Below are positions 1 through 11,237 of a DNA stretch of 64,000 nt, piece by piece. The number at the start of each line of letters is the position of its first letter. The stretch's first letter is position 1. Source of the DNA: Phyllobates terribilis (Eukaryota); NCBI RefSeq assembly GCF_046119375.1, contig NW_027362764.1, forward strand, positions 717,774,001-717,838,000. Direction: 5' to 3'. Position numbers and translations under genes: made by a program. Under the pieces are notes generated by a model. That model saw only the letters and a program-made list of their open reading frames with translations. It searched no databases and was not told the origin of the DNA.

Positions 1-309
1 TAGCTGAAGGGATGTCACAGTGCAGAGGGATCAGATTTATTCTCATTTGCACATGGAAACACGAGAAGCAATGGAATGAAATTGAATGGGAGGAGATACA
101 GATTAGATATTAGAAAACACTTTTTGACAGTGAGGGTGATCAATGAGTGGACCAGGCGGCCACGAGAGGTGGTGAGGTCTCCTTCAATGGACGTCTTCAA
201 ACAGAAGCTGGACAGACATATGTCTGAGATGGTTTAGTGAATCCTGCATTGAGCAGGGGGTTGGACACGATGACCCTGGAGGACTCCTCCAACTCTACCA
301 TTCTATGAT
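1..309 (+). mobile_element. CR1 LINE 3' end (ORF2 C-terminus plus 3' UTR), runs off the left edge
   Basis: Frame 1 reads LKGCHSAEGSDLFSFAHGNTRSNGMKLNGRRYRLDIRKHFLTVRVINEW...FKQKLDRHMSEMV* (stop 235-237), the typical CR1 ORF2 tail. It is followed by a CR1-like 3' UTR ending in ATTCTATG (300-307). Confidence 0.9.
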
Positions 310-738
310 CACTTATCCACTGAACCGCCTATAACTACCAGTGCTGCTGTCTTCGTCAATACAGGGGAGCGACATAGAGACATCCCATTCCGGCTGGGGG
401 TCCAAGCAGTCGGTTACTCACCGATTCGGAGGATTAAGTGACGGATGTGACCATTTGGCGCCTCATTTACATACATGACCCAAATACGTCCTAATGAGTG
501 GAGGAGCCCCGCTGCCTGACCCTACAATCGTTCTGATCACACTAAATCTACAGGGCATTCTACCTTAATAAGTCCAGTTTCACATGTCTGATATTCATGG
601 TGCAAGCACACACTGGCTGCGGGTCTCCTGATCCTAATCCAAACCCCAAAGCCTTATATATGGCTGTGGGGATGAGTTTGGATTAAGACCTCGGACTGTG
701 AATGTCGGACGTTTGGATCCGGCCTAGAGGCGACTTAC

Positions 739-824
739 CAGCTCCGGCAGCAGACAGCAGGTGCTCTGTGGCAGTCAGGTTCTCCGCTCTCCCTTCCTTT
801 TTGTAGGCCTTGATTGCATTATAA
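739..824 (-). CDS. SLC25A32: SLC25A32 (mitochondrial folate/FAD carrier) coding exon 3, 86 nt
   Basis: cag|TTATAATGCAATC...GGAGCTG|gtaagt; encodes (F)YNAIKAYKKEGRAENLTATEHLLSAAGA(G); phase-consistent with exon 2. No later exons found inside the window. Confidence 0.93.
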
Positions 825-1293
825 CTGGCAAATAAAGACACAATCAGGATGTAATAAGATCAGGGAGACTCCGACATATAATATCTGTGTGCTAGTACTG
901 GACACCATTGATACGTGTTCCAGCGGCCCCATCGTTACCATACAGAAAACCAACAAATCAATATGGAACCCTAAGGGCGTGTGTAAGGCTCAGAGGTTGG
1001 ACGTACGGCAACGAGACCGATGTGCTCCCGGGGGCATTGTGGCCCCTTTATCACGATTTGCACAAGCTGCATATCCTACTATGTAGAGGTAGCGTGCAAT
1101 GGAAAGGCAGCTGCAGCAGGCAACGGGGTGAACGAAGAGGGAACTTGTGTTCCCCCTATATGAGATGAAAGAAGCAGCTGACAATCGGTGGGACCACTCA
1201 GGATTTCATGCATTGAGGACCCCTTGGAAAGTTGGGTAACAACGACTGTGAGATCAGCACTGGCAGATACAAGAGATACAGATACCTGCGGAA

Positions 1294-1305
1294 ACACACA
1301 CACAC

Positions 1306-1353
<48 letters not shown>
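1294..1353. repeat. (CA)n(TA)n compound microsatellite
   Basis: Read directly from the sequence. Confidence 0.95.
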
Positions 1354-1357
<4 letters not shown>

Positions 1358-2284
1358 GACAGCACCATTTCATATTACTCACTAGTCGGTGCCAAGCCTC
1401 CAAACAGTCTGTCCACACTGCTGCATGTCAATAGAAAAAATATAAAGAGCCAGAACCTTTCTCAAGCCAAGAAAGGTTGAGAAAGGTTCTGTGAACCGAA
1501 ACGTCGCCTTTGGGCTCATTAAAGTCCATTTTTTTTCAAAAATTTCTTGGAGTGCTGCCTCTTTATATTTTTTATATATATATATAAATATTTTTTTTTA
1601 AAAGCTCAACTTTGGGGGCATTTTATTTTTTTTCTACTTAAATGCAAGTATTTTGGGCTAAAAAAATAACTTTTGCAAATGTGTTTCGTTAAATATGTTG
1701 CACCGTTTGGTTTTTAGGGCTCTGTTTTCTGCACATTCCTGAATGAGCCAACTAAGAACCCATCAGAGAGCATCTGGTGACGAATTAGTAACTGCGATTT
1801 TCATAAATACAACATGTACCCATTTTATTCTATGGGGCAGATCACAAGACTGTTTTTTTCACGGACTGTAAGTTGGTACAAAAATCATGAGAAGTTGGCG
1901 GCGCGCAGATCCCACACGCTCAAGTCTGTTTTACTCCCCCTCCCTAACTCTCTGCTGCTGCTCCTGGTGTCTTTAATGGTCATGTCACATCAATAGCACT
2001 GCAGCCAATCACTGAGTGTATGGGCTCTGCCCAAGTAGACGACACAAGCTGTTCAGAGCCTCTGAGCTCAGCGATTGGCTGCAGCACCATCGACATCAGA
2101 GCTGCAGACAATAACAGTCACCAGGAGCAGCGGCGGCGACTTAGAGGTGGACCCGGGGATGGTGAGTAAAGCACATTGTGTTTTGAAGTTTTTTAAAGCA
2201 AACTGCAGAAGACAGAGATTTTCTCTGATAAATTCCCCTTAAGGAGTCCATTCCCTTTAATGCTCTCAGGTTGTATTCACTTAC

Positions 2285-2435
2285 AAGAAGAAATAAAGCC
2301 CCCAGGAGGCTCCTGCACCCCACATATTTGGGGTGACCCCCTGATAGAGACCACGTAGTCCTTCATGCTTCCACACAGTGGACATACAATGCAGGATGCC
2401 ATTATACTTCGGTCGGAGCTCCAGGCCGTCACTCA
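2285..2435 (-). CDS. SLC25A32: SLC25A32 coding exon 2, 151 nt
   Basis: ttcag|TGAGTGACGGC...TTCTTCTT|gtaagt; encodes (V)[49 protein letters not shown](F), a solute-carrier repeat with the GLRGLYQG motif. Confidence 0.96.
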
Positions 2436-3899
2436 CTGAAAAATCAAAAACACAAAACAGATGTTAATATCCATTAAAGGTTTATTTTTTTTCTTAAAAA
2501 CATGGATTTGGGGCTAAAAATCATTTTTGTAATTGGGTTTCATAAAAAAAAAAAAAAAAAAGTGCAGCGTTTCCATTCTGTAGTCTTTGTGTTGCTGGAT
2601 ACAGAATGAGTTAACTGAGAAGCCATAAGTGAGCTCGTTCTGAAGGGGAGTTTTTAACTCCTCTTTTTATCTGTCTCTTTCTGAGCTCCTTTCAGATAAT
2701 TTATGACCTCATCAAAGGTGAACGTGCAGGAAAACAAAGAGTAGGCAAAAGCCGAACTTTAATCTAGGATTCTATAATGAAGCGTTCTAATACACCTGGG
2801 GCAGCGATTCGCCGCCATCTCCAGATGTCTGCTCGCTGTCAGTGATTCGGCGGGACCCAGCATCGTATTTTTATGAAAAAAATAATGCGTCTATTTACTG
2901 ACAGCAAGTAGAGAGCCTGACAACGGCGAAGGATTAACCCTTTCCCACCACAGGACGCAATAGTACACCCTATATCGGGTGAGTGGAGCAGGCTCAGAAG
3001 CCGAGCCAGCACCATTCCTGGCAGGTGGCAGCTGTGTTACACAGTCAACACCTGCCTCCAAAAGCAGTGGGCAGCTGTTTAACCACTTAGATGCTGCTGG
3101 CAACCATTGACAGAGGCGTTAAAAAGGACTGGTGTGACCACGAGGGTCACCACGACAGTAAGAAAACTACTGACTGTCCCCATCACGGCCATCTTGATCC
3201 TGCTATGAAAATTGGGAGAACATCAATGTCCCAATACCGTGGAACACTGTAGTGATGGAGTACAGAGAACAAATAATCAGACCCCCAAAAAAGAGGAAAA
3301 GAAAAAAAAAAAGGAAAATAAATGGTTTAAAAAATGATTTAAAAAAAAAAATTGGACTCAAATTTTTAATGAACATTTTTTTTTTATATTTCTGAAGTAT
3401 AGAGAACAAATAATCAGACCCCCCCCCCCCCCCCCCTAAAAAAAGAGGATAAATGGTTTAAAAAAATGATTGGACTTAATTTTTAAAGGAAAAAGAATAA
3501 ATTAAAAAAAATATATATATATTTTATTTTTTTTTGGTTGAACTTTTACAGACATAACTATATACACACACACATATCTATCTAGAGATAGATGAATATA
3601 TATATATTCATGTCTGTAAGAGTTCAAACAAAAAAAATCCTGGCAAAAGTTTATTTTTTCCCTATTTCCCGGTGCATTTTACGGTAAAATTAATAATGGA
3701 ATTTAAAACTGCACCTCGTCCCCATAAGTATACAAATCCTCCTGTGGATTGAACGGAGGGGAGGCAAAATGAAAGCCTGGTCCGGTCATCAGAGGGACTG
3801 TCCACTACTTTATCGCTGATGTACGACACAGAACCCCTCGTTATACAGCGCGGACTACAGATCCCAGCATGCCCCGCGCCGGTTCTCGGTTGTTTTTAC

Positions 3900-4065
3900 C
3901 TGCGAAGCGGATCTTGACCAGGTCCAGCGGGTGCAGCACCAGGGTGGAGATGACGCCCCCGCTCAGGCCGGCAGCCAGGTTCTCGTACTGGACATGTCTG
4001 AACACGTCCCTCACCACCGTCACCGGGTGTACGGGCTCAGCAGCCGGTCCGGACGGGGCGGCCAT
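3900..4065 (-). CDS. SLC25A32: SLC25A32 coding exon 1, 166 nt
   Basis: ATG at 4065; [55 protein letters not shown] with the carrier signature PLDLVKIR; phase-1 donor G|gtaaaa at 3899. Confidence 0.96.
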
Positions 4066-4320
4066 GTGTACGCACGTTACATCAGGCTCTCCGCTGACCT
4101 CCAGCACTAGCCCCGCCCACTGTGCCTCCTGCAGCGTGCCCGCTCACCTGTTGCCCAAAATAAAGATGGCGGCCCTCATAACTAAGCTGTGACTGTACAA
4201 GGCTGCCCGGAGTAAAGATGGTGGCCACGATGGAATGACGCAGAACACAGGAAGCGCTGACCTTTTACTTCCGGTCCATGCGGTGTACGGGAGCGAGAGG
4301 AGCACGGTTTGGTAGTCGCC
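4066..4320. promoter_or_regulatory. Bidirectional promoter shared by SLC25A32 and DCAF13
   Basis: 255 bp between divergent ATGs; CpG-rich; YY1-type AAGATGGCGGC (4163-4173) and AAGATGGTGGC (4215-4225); ETS/GABP-type ACTTCCGGT (4267-4275). Confidence 0.8.
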
Positions 4321-4390
4321 ATGAAGGTGAAGGTGTTGTGTAGAAATCCTGATGATTACGTGCGGGAGACCAAGAAGGATCTGCCCAGAG
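4321..4390 (+). CDS. DCAF13: DCAF13 (WDSOF1/Sof1 homologue) exon 1, 70 nt
   Basis: MKVKVLCRNPDDYVRETKKDLPR, donor G|gtgaga. All 11 exons sum to 1338 nt = 445 aa plus stop with consistent phases. Confidence 0.97.
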
Positions 4391-4536
4391 GTGAGAACTG
4401 TGCGACGTGATGGTCTCGTGGGGGGATTCAAGATCCCCAACTTTATTGACTTCTGACCTGTGCACATAGTGTGTCTAGTTACCTATGTATCCCGGCTGTC
4501 TGCGCACTTGTGTGGTGTCATGGCATTTATTGCCCT

Positions 4537-5510
4537 GTAGGGGGCAGGCTGGTGTCATGGAGCGCCCCATAGGGGGCAGGCTGGTGCGGTGTCATGGAGC
4601 GCCCCGTAGGGGGCAGGCTGGTGCGGTGTCATGGAGCGCCCCGTAGGGGGCAGGCTGGTGCGGTGTCATGGAGCGCCCCGTAGGGGGCTGGCTGGTGCGG
4701 TGTCATGGAGCGCCCCGTGGGGGGCAGGCTGGTGCGGTGTCATGGAGCGCCCCGCGGGGGGCAGGCTGGTGCGGTGTCATGGAGCGCCCCGCGGGGGGCA
4801 GGCTGGTGCGGTGTCATGGAGCGCCCCGCGGGGGGCAGGCTGGTGCGGTGTCATGGAGCGCCCCGCGGGGGGCAGGCTGGTGCGGTGTCATGGAGCGCCC
4901 CGCGGGGGGCAGGCTGGTGCGGTGTCATGGAGCGCCCCGCGGGGGGCAGGCTGGTGCGGTGTCATGGAGCGCCCCGCGGGGGGCAGGCTGGTGCGGTGTC
5001 ATGGAGCGCCCCGCGGGGGGCAGGCTGGTGCGGTGTCATGGAGCGCCCCGCGGGGGGCAGGCTGGTGCGGTGTCATGGAGCGCCCCGCGGGGGGCAGGCT
5101 GGTGCGGTGTCATGGAGCGCCCCGCGGGGGGCTGGCTGGTGCGGTGTCATGGAGCGCCCCGCGGGGGGCTGGCTGGTGCGGTGTCATGGAGCGCCCCGCG
5201 GGGGGCTGGCTGGTGCGGTGTCATGGAGCGCCCCGCGGGGGGCTGGCTGGTGCGGTGTCATGGAGCGCCCCGCGGGGGGCTGGCTGGTGCGGTGTCATGG
5301 AGCGCCCCGCGGGGGGCTGGCTGGTGCGGTGTCATGGAGCGCCCCGCGGGGGGCTGGCTGGTGCGGTGTCATGGAGCGCCCCGCGGGGGGCTGGCTGGTG
5401 CGGTGTCATGGAGCGCCCCGCGGGGGGCTGGCTGGTGCGGTGTCATGGAGCGCCCCGCGGGGGGCTGGCTGGTGCGGTGTCATGGAGCGCCCCGCGGGGG
5501 GCAGGCTGGT
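4537..5510. repeat. 37-bp GC-rich minisatellite, ~26 copies, DCAF13 intron 1
   Basis: Unit GGCAGGCTGGTGCGGTGTCATGGAGCGCCCCGCGGGG; the three overlapping ORFs have a 37-aa period (3 units). Confidence 0.97.
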
Positions 5511-5892
5511 CTACAAGGGAGTGAATATTTCTGTGTGGGACCTGGGTGGTAACAGTATTATTACTGCGGGCAGCATTCGTCTTTGTGCATTAGTTACCAG
5601 GAGCTGTAACTTTTTTGTTTTCCGTCTGTGGGTTTTGGTTTTCGCTGGACGAGTTGTACTTCTGAATGGCGCCGTCCATATTAAAGTATAATGTAGTGAA
5701 GCTCCGAAAAAATCCAAATGGTGAAAAAAAACAATTCCACTGTTTGTTTTGTTTATCTGGCGTTCACTGTGCAGCAATAACCACCTGAATTCAAGTGCGA
5801 CAATAACACATTTTTATATATGTATCTACCCCAAAATGCAAAAAATAAGCCCTCACTCAGCCCCAGATCCCGAAAAAAGAAAACCTTACAGG

Positions 5893-6649
5893 CAGGGCCG
5901 GCGTCAGCACCCGGGCAAGTGCCGGGGCCCTGAGCAGGCAGAGGGGCCCACTGGCAGTCGCGCTATGGGCGGAGGAGAGCGGTGTTAGCGCCCGCCGTTC
6001 TCCGCTGCTTGCTCAGGGCCCCGGCAGCCGGATACTTACCTCTCCCCGTGCCTCCGCAGAGCCGCTGTCTTCCTGCTCTGTGCTCCCTGTGACGTCTCAG
6101 GTCAGAGGGCGCGGTGACGTCTCTCCACCGCGCCGTCCCCCTGAGCCGTCACAGGGAGCACAGAGCGGGAAGACACCGACAACGCTGGAGTCCGGACCCG
6201 AGCAGCTGCAGCAGGTGAGGAGGAGGGAGGTGAGTATTTGATTTTTTTTTTTAATGTATGGAGGCATGGGGCATTATATGGGGGGGGGGGGGGGTGACAG
6301 CCTGCATGGGGCATTATGGAGAGAGGGGGTGACAGCCTGCATGGGGCATTATGGAGAGAGGGGGTGACGGCCTGCATGTGGCATTATATGGGGACCAGTA
6401 TTCCGTATGGAGCCTTATATGGGGGCCAGTATTCCGTATGGAGCCTTATATGGGGGCCAGTATTCCGTATGGAGCCTTATATGGTGGCCAGTATTCCGTA
6501 TGGAGCCTTATATGGGGGCCAGTATTCCATATGAGGCCCAGTATACTGTGTGGAGCGATTCGCCCGTTTCTGAGCTTTTGTAGAATTTACAATAGATATC
6601 ACTCATGACTCTTTCGCCCGGGGCCCAGAAAAACCTGGAGCCGGCCCTG
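5893..6649 (+). mobile_element. hAT-type non-autonomous element (MITE) with an internal 31-bp minisatellite
   Basis: TIRs CAGGGCCGGC / GCCGGCCCTG; perfect 8-bp TSD CTTACAGG (5885-5892, 6650-6657); internal repeat GGGGGCCAGTATTCCGTATGGAGCCTTATAT at ~6390-6545. Confidence 0.9.
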
Positions 6650-7186
6650 CTTACAGGTCTCTGAAAATGGCGACCAATACAAAAACTTTTTTTCGTATAA
6701 ATTTCAGAATTTTTTTCACCACTTAAATAAAGTTCCTATCCATGTTTGGTATCTGAGTACTCGTGCTGACCTGGGGAATCGTATTGCCAGGTCAGTTTTA
6801 GCATTTAGTGAACATGGTAAAAAAAAAAAAAAAACTATTGTAGAATTGCCCTTTTTTTTTTTTTTTTTTTTTGCATTTTCACCGCACTTGGAATTGTTAT
6901 TTTTCATTTTCCTGTGCACGATATGGTAAACTCAATGGTATCATTCAAAAGTACAACTCATCACGTGACCCAGATAGAAATGAAGGTGTCTATGCTATGA
7001 CAGCAAGCAGAGATCTTACAGGGGTTGTCCACTACTTGGCCATCTCCTTCTCCATCACTATATTCCCCCGTTTAGAATAAGAACAGCCCGTACTCTGTGC
7101 CGGCACCGTTCCAGCCGTGTCACATGGGCAGTTTACCATAAAGATTTTAAGGCTTCTGTGTTGACTCTAGATGCTTTCTCTTCCAG

Positions 7187-7386
7187 TGCCACGTAACTAC
7201 GACCCCTCGCTCCACCCATTTGAGGTGCCACGTGAATACACCAGAGCGCTGAATGCCACCAAGCTGGAGCGCGTGTTCGCTAAGCCGTTCATTGCCGCAC
7301 TGGAAGGTCACAGAGATGGAGTGAACTGTATGGCCAAACATCCCAAGAGCTTGTCCACGGTGCTGTCAGGGGCGTGTGACGGAGAG
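7187..7386 (+). CDS. DCAF13: DCAF13 exon 2, 200 nt
   Basis: ttccag|TGCCACGT...GGAGAG|gtaagg; (V)PRNYDPSLHPFEVPREYTRALNATKLERVFAKPF...SGACDGE. Confidence 0.97.
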
Positions 7387-7589
7387 GTAAGGAACCACAG
7401 CCGCTACAGGGGGTGTAAACTTTAGGAACCTTTTTTTTTTCTTTTCTTCAAGCAGCGTTGCACGTCTTGATTAACCCCTTTGACGTATCAGACACAGCCG
7501 CTCCTACAGTAGCCACCTGGACTCGAGAAGCCTTCAGTGTTGGCCGTTTAACTTCCTTAGATGCTACGATCAATGTATGAATAAAGCCG

Positions 7590-7985
7590 TTTTTTTCTAT
7601 GTAATCTGAGAGCTGCATTATGTAGGAGCTGAGACCCTGATTCCAGTGATATGTCACTTACTGGTTGCAGCAGTTGTGATATAATCCGTTTTCTCTGCTG
7701 CAGATCTAGCAGTGCTCTGAATGCTGAGCTTTGTATAACCCCGCCCCCAAAGCTCTGATTGGCAACTTTTGAGAACATTGTGTATTGACAGTAAGCTGCT
7801 AATCAGTGCTGGGGCGAGGTTGGACCTGGAGGCACCAGACACCTAGTCCTGTAGCGATAATCTCCTGCTGATAAAACACTGATTGTATTGATACAAAAAC
7901 AGTCCAGTAAGTGACACCGCTCTCTGCCCCTACATCATGTTGCTCTCAGATTACATAGAAAAACCTGCTGACAGATTCCCTTTGA
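7590..7985. mobile_element. Foldback MITE, probably T2/Kolobok-like
   Basis: Inverted arms TTCTATGTAATCTGAGAGC...TGTAGG (7595-7625) and CCTACA...GCTCTCAGATTACATAGAA (7929-7960); right end ACAGATTCCCTTT. Left terminus not resolved. Confidence 0.55.
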
Positions 7986-8587
7986 GACATGTAAGGAGGG
8001 TAATTGAAGGGAGCTGTGTCTCATTGTTTCCTTACTGTGTATACCAAAGGAAACGCGTCCTGCTGGCCTGTAGGTTAGCATAGCGACGAAATACGTCTAC
8101 AAGATCAGACCTCAATGATTTGTTTGTAGTCTGTAACCATGGAGACACACTGTTCTGTGAAAGAGCTACATACATAAAACATTAAAATATGGAGTAACCA
8201 AAAAATCAGAGCTTCCCCGGCCGCTCGAGGATTAGGTGATGGTCAGACGCAAGGCTGAGTCGGGGAGGTTCACCGTGAGACTGATTAGTCAGTACTGTGG
8301 TTCCCATTAAGAATGGAGACCAAAGAGCAGTTGTGAACAGAGCCATACATGACGGCCATCCCATCCACATGAGTACATGTAATGCCTGGACGCGCTGGTA
8401 TGTGAAGGCTCCAAGCAAGGGACCTTCACTGTCCTCTATCAGCCCTAATAAGGTATAAAGGGGGGAGCCATGAGGACAACTCCTGACCTTATAGTAATCT
8501 ACAGGACCCCCTGTGTTTTGTGACTAATGGCAGCTGCTTTGGTCGTCTCTTCATATCCAGCGATGATCTCCTCCTTTATTTCCGCAG

Positions 8588-8695
8588 GTGAAGATCTGGA
8601 ACCTGACCACCCACAAGTGCACCCGCACGGTGCAAGCTCACGAAGGCTTTGTGCGAGCGATGTGCGTGCGGTTCTGCGGGACGTCTTTTTTAACC
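8588..8695 (+). CDS. DCAF13: DCAF13 exon 3, 108 nt
   Basis: gcag|GTGAAG...TTAACC|gtacgt; VKIWNLTTHKCTRTVQAHEGFVRAMCVRFCGTSFLT (WD40 repeat). Confidence 0.96.
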
Positions 8696-9598
8696 GTACG
8701 TATATGTGATGGTGACAAATTCAAAGGGGTTTTCTTGGAATATTTTTTTTACGCTTATCATCTTGCACTAGATGGTTGTAGTAGGAGGAGCAGTCACTTG
8801 CCCCCTGCTTCCATCTTTTACAGTGGTGATCGCATGTCTGCCGGGCACATCACTGCTGCAGCCAATGACTGAGCTCAGCGGTGGGTGCTGTCCGGGTAGA
8901 CGGCACAGGTGGTTGTGCCATTTTACATTTCATCTCATATACCGTAAGGAGTCAGTAGTGGAGGGGTCTTCTTCTCAGGATCCTTAACTTTTGGATGGTG
9001 CGGTTTCAGGAGATGTCTTTCTCCAGAGGAAGGATCTGTCTCATCTTGCATTAGGTTGCATTCTCCCGTTTGTTTGTTTTTTTCTCAGTTGTAATCCTAG
9101 TTGCATCCTTTTTTTTTTTTTTCTGAACTTTTTTTCATCCATTGACTTTAATTGGATGAAACTCAGATGGTAAACTGAATTACTCAGTCTAGTATCATCC
9201 GGGTCTCATAAACTTTAATGATTGAGTCTGATCTGCAAAATAGATGAGAATAGGACCTGCTCTGAAACCCCCGGACCGGAGACATGGAACCATATGGGTC
9301 CGTGTGCTGTCCAAAAAAAAAAATGGACATCACATGGGTGTGTGAATGTGGCCTAATACAGATAACCCATTGGTTTAAATAGGAGCTGTGTAATGTTGCT
9401 ATGCAGGGATTTTGAGCGCTTACCGCCATGGTACCCCACAGATTATAGCTGATCTGGGGGTCTCAGCAGTAGGGCACAATGTCATCTGTGTTTTGTAAAT
9501 GGACCAGGTGAAAAGTAGGGACTCTAGATATCGGGGAGGGCGAGCACAAGCACAAGCCCCCATTATTAAATTCTAATAGGTTTATACTTCTGCATTAG

Positions 9599-9688
9599 GT
9601 CGGTGATGATAAGACCGTGAAGCAATGGAAGATGGAAAATCCGGGATATGGTGAGAAAGAGGAGCCGATCAATACAGTTCTAGGAAAG
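9599..9688 (+). CDS. DCAF13: DCAF13 exon 4, 90 nt
   Basis: ttag|GTCGGT...GGAAAG|gtaaaa; VGDDKTVKQWKMENPGYGEKEEPINTVLGK. Confidence 0.96.
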
Positions 9689-10027
9689 GTAAAATGCTGA
9701 ATAGGAGCTGAACCTTTCCCTCAAGCACCGTGGACCCCCGTATTGTACATGCGCGGTATTTAGGTGGGCCAGTGACCATTTCACCTAAGTTCTGGTGCCA
9801 TAGTGGCACTGTAATGGCAACCAGGCACCGCAGATGAATAATGGAGGCTTCGGACCTGAACCAATCTGATACTGATGACCTTTCCTGGATCGACGTGTTA
9901 ATGACATTTTCCACTGGAAGGTTAAAGTGCCACTAATTTTACACTTTAGTCCCGTATTGTAGCTCTGTTTTTATTATTTACTTTTTTTGAGTCCTAATTT
10001 GTAGTCTTCTTGCTCTCTTGTTTGCAG

Positions 10028-10183
10028 ACTGTGTTTACCGGGGTGGATCACCACTGGACGGACGCAGTGTTCGCTACCTGTGGACAGCAAGTGGACATCT
10101 GGGACGAGCAGAGGACCTGTCCCATGCGATCCTACACCTGGGGTGTGGACAGCATCCATAGTGTCAGATTTAATCCCATCGAG
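10028..10183 (+). CDS. DCAF13: DCAF13 exon 5, 156 nt
   Basis: gcag|ACTGTG...ATCGAG|gtaacg; TVFTGVDHHWTDAVFATCGQQVDIWDEQRTCPMRSYTWGVDSIHSVRFNPIE. Confidence 0.96.
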
Positions 10184-10646
10184 GTAACGCTTGTTTGCTA
10201 GCTCTGATAATTCCAGCTTTCCATGCTGTGTATGGCGTTGCTGCTCATCTGAAACGATCTGGACAGGATAAATACTCGTGCTGATACGCTTAGCTCACTG
10301 TATATCACCACGATTGTTCTCACAAAAGCGCGTCTATTGGTCCACACTATACACCCCCAACAATGACTAATATGGAGGGGCTGCTGCTCTCCTCTGAGCC
10401 TGTTTCTGATCTTGTGGAGAGTCGGCTCAGTGCTTCCTCCACCCCATTGGAATTCCGCACAACCTGACCAACCCCAAAAATCACAACTTCTGATATTGAG
10501 CGTTTTGTAAAAGTGCCACTGAGTGTGATTACACGGTCATGTCGCCCTCCTCTTGTTGTGGTATGGAGGGAAGGTTTTTCTCTTTCCTAGCGGCTTTTTA
10601 CATTATCATCTTCTGTGAATTACTTTAGGATGACTTTGTTTTTCAG

Positions 10647-10724
10647 ACACAGATTTTGGGAAGCTGTGCCGCAGACCGGAGTATAGTTCTTTATGACCTG
10701 CGGAAGCCTACACCACTGAAAAAG
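10647..10724 (+). CDS. DCAF13: DCAF13 exon 6, 78 nt, GC donor
   Basis: ttcag|ACACAG...AAAAAG|gcaagt; TQILGSCAADRSIVLYDLRKPTPLKK. Confidence 0.93.
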
Positions 10725-11154
10725 GCAAGTGCCGCCCCGAGAGCCCCCCGCTTGTGCGTTAATTGGAAGATACCCCAGTTCTGAGGCCCATTCATCACCA
10801 TGGGATTGGACGGCTAGGGACCCCATACAATGCCGAGAACAAGCCTCTGAAATGCTCCAGTGACCACCTGTGGGACTACTTTGGATAACAACGTGCCATA
10901 CCTGGCTACCTCCAGTCCAACTGGGGCCCTTTCAGAGCCCCGTTCTTGAGATTGATGGTGGTCCCAGCGGTCGGAGCCATGCAAGTTATCGCCTGTCATT
11001 GGGAATATTTAGAAAGGCGCCCTCCTGACTACATCTACCTGCTTGGTGCCTATTGCAGATTATAAGTATTTCCTAAACCTGCGGAGCTGCCGTTCCTTTA
11101 TGTAGTTTCTGCTTCTTGTTACTTGTTGAATAATCCTTTTCTTTAATGGGGCAG

Positions 11155-11237
11155 ATGATTCTGGAAATGAGGACCAATGCTCTCTGCTGGAACCCTATGG
11201 AGGCCTTTATATTCACAGCCGCTAACGAGAACTACAA
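11155..11237 (+). CDS. DCAF13: DCAF13 exon 7, 83 nt
   Basis: gcag|ATGATT...TACAA|gtaagt; MILEMRTNALCWNPMEAFIFTAANENY. Confidence 0.96.

Noticed and set aside
860-1280. Possible L1/Tx1 ORF2 3' remnant in SLC25A32 intron 2
   Set aside because: Only vague Trp spacing; no diagnostic motif I can support without a search.
2141-2284. KGMDSLRGIYQRK, resembling a second carrier LRGLYQG motif
   Set aside because: Lies in SLC25A32 intron 2 in an off-frame read-through; the true motif is in exon 2 (2285-2435).
4066-4107. Longer SLC25A32 N-terminus (MLEVSG...) from the ORF track
   Set aside because: The track starts at a GTG; the first ATG is at 4065 and gives a length comparable to orthologues.
4631-5691. 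Three ~300-aa overlapping ORFs (MERPAGGRLVRCHGAP...)
   Set aside because: Translations of a stop-free 37-bp minisatellite inside an intron; all three frames give the same periodic peptide.
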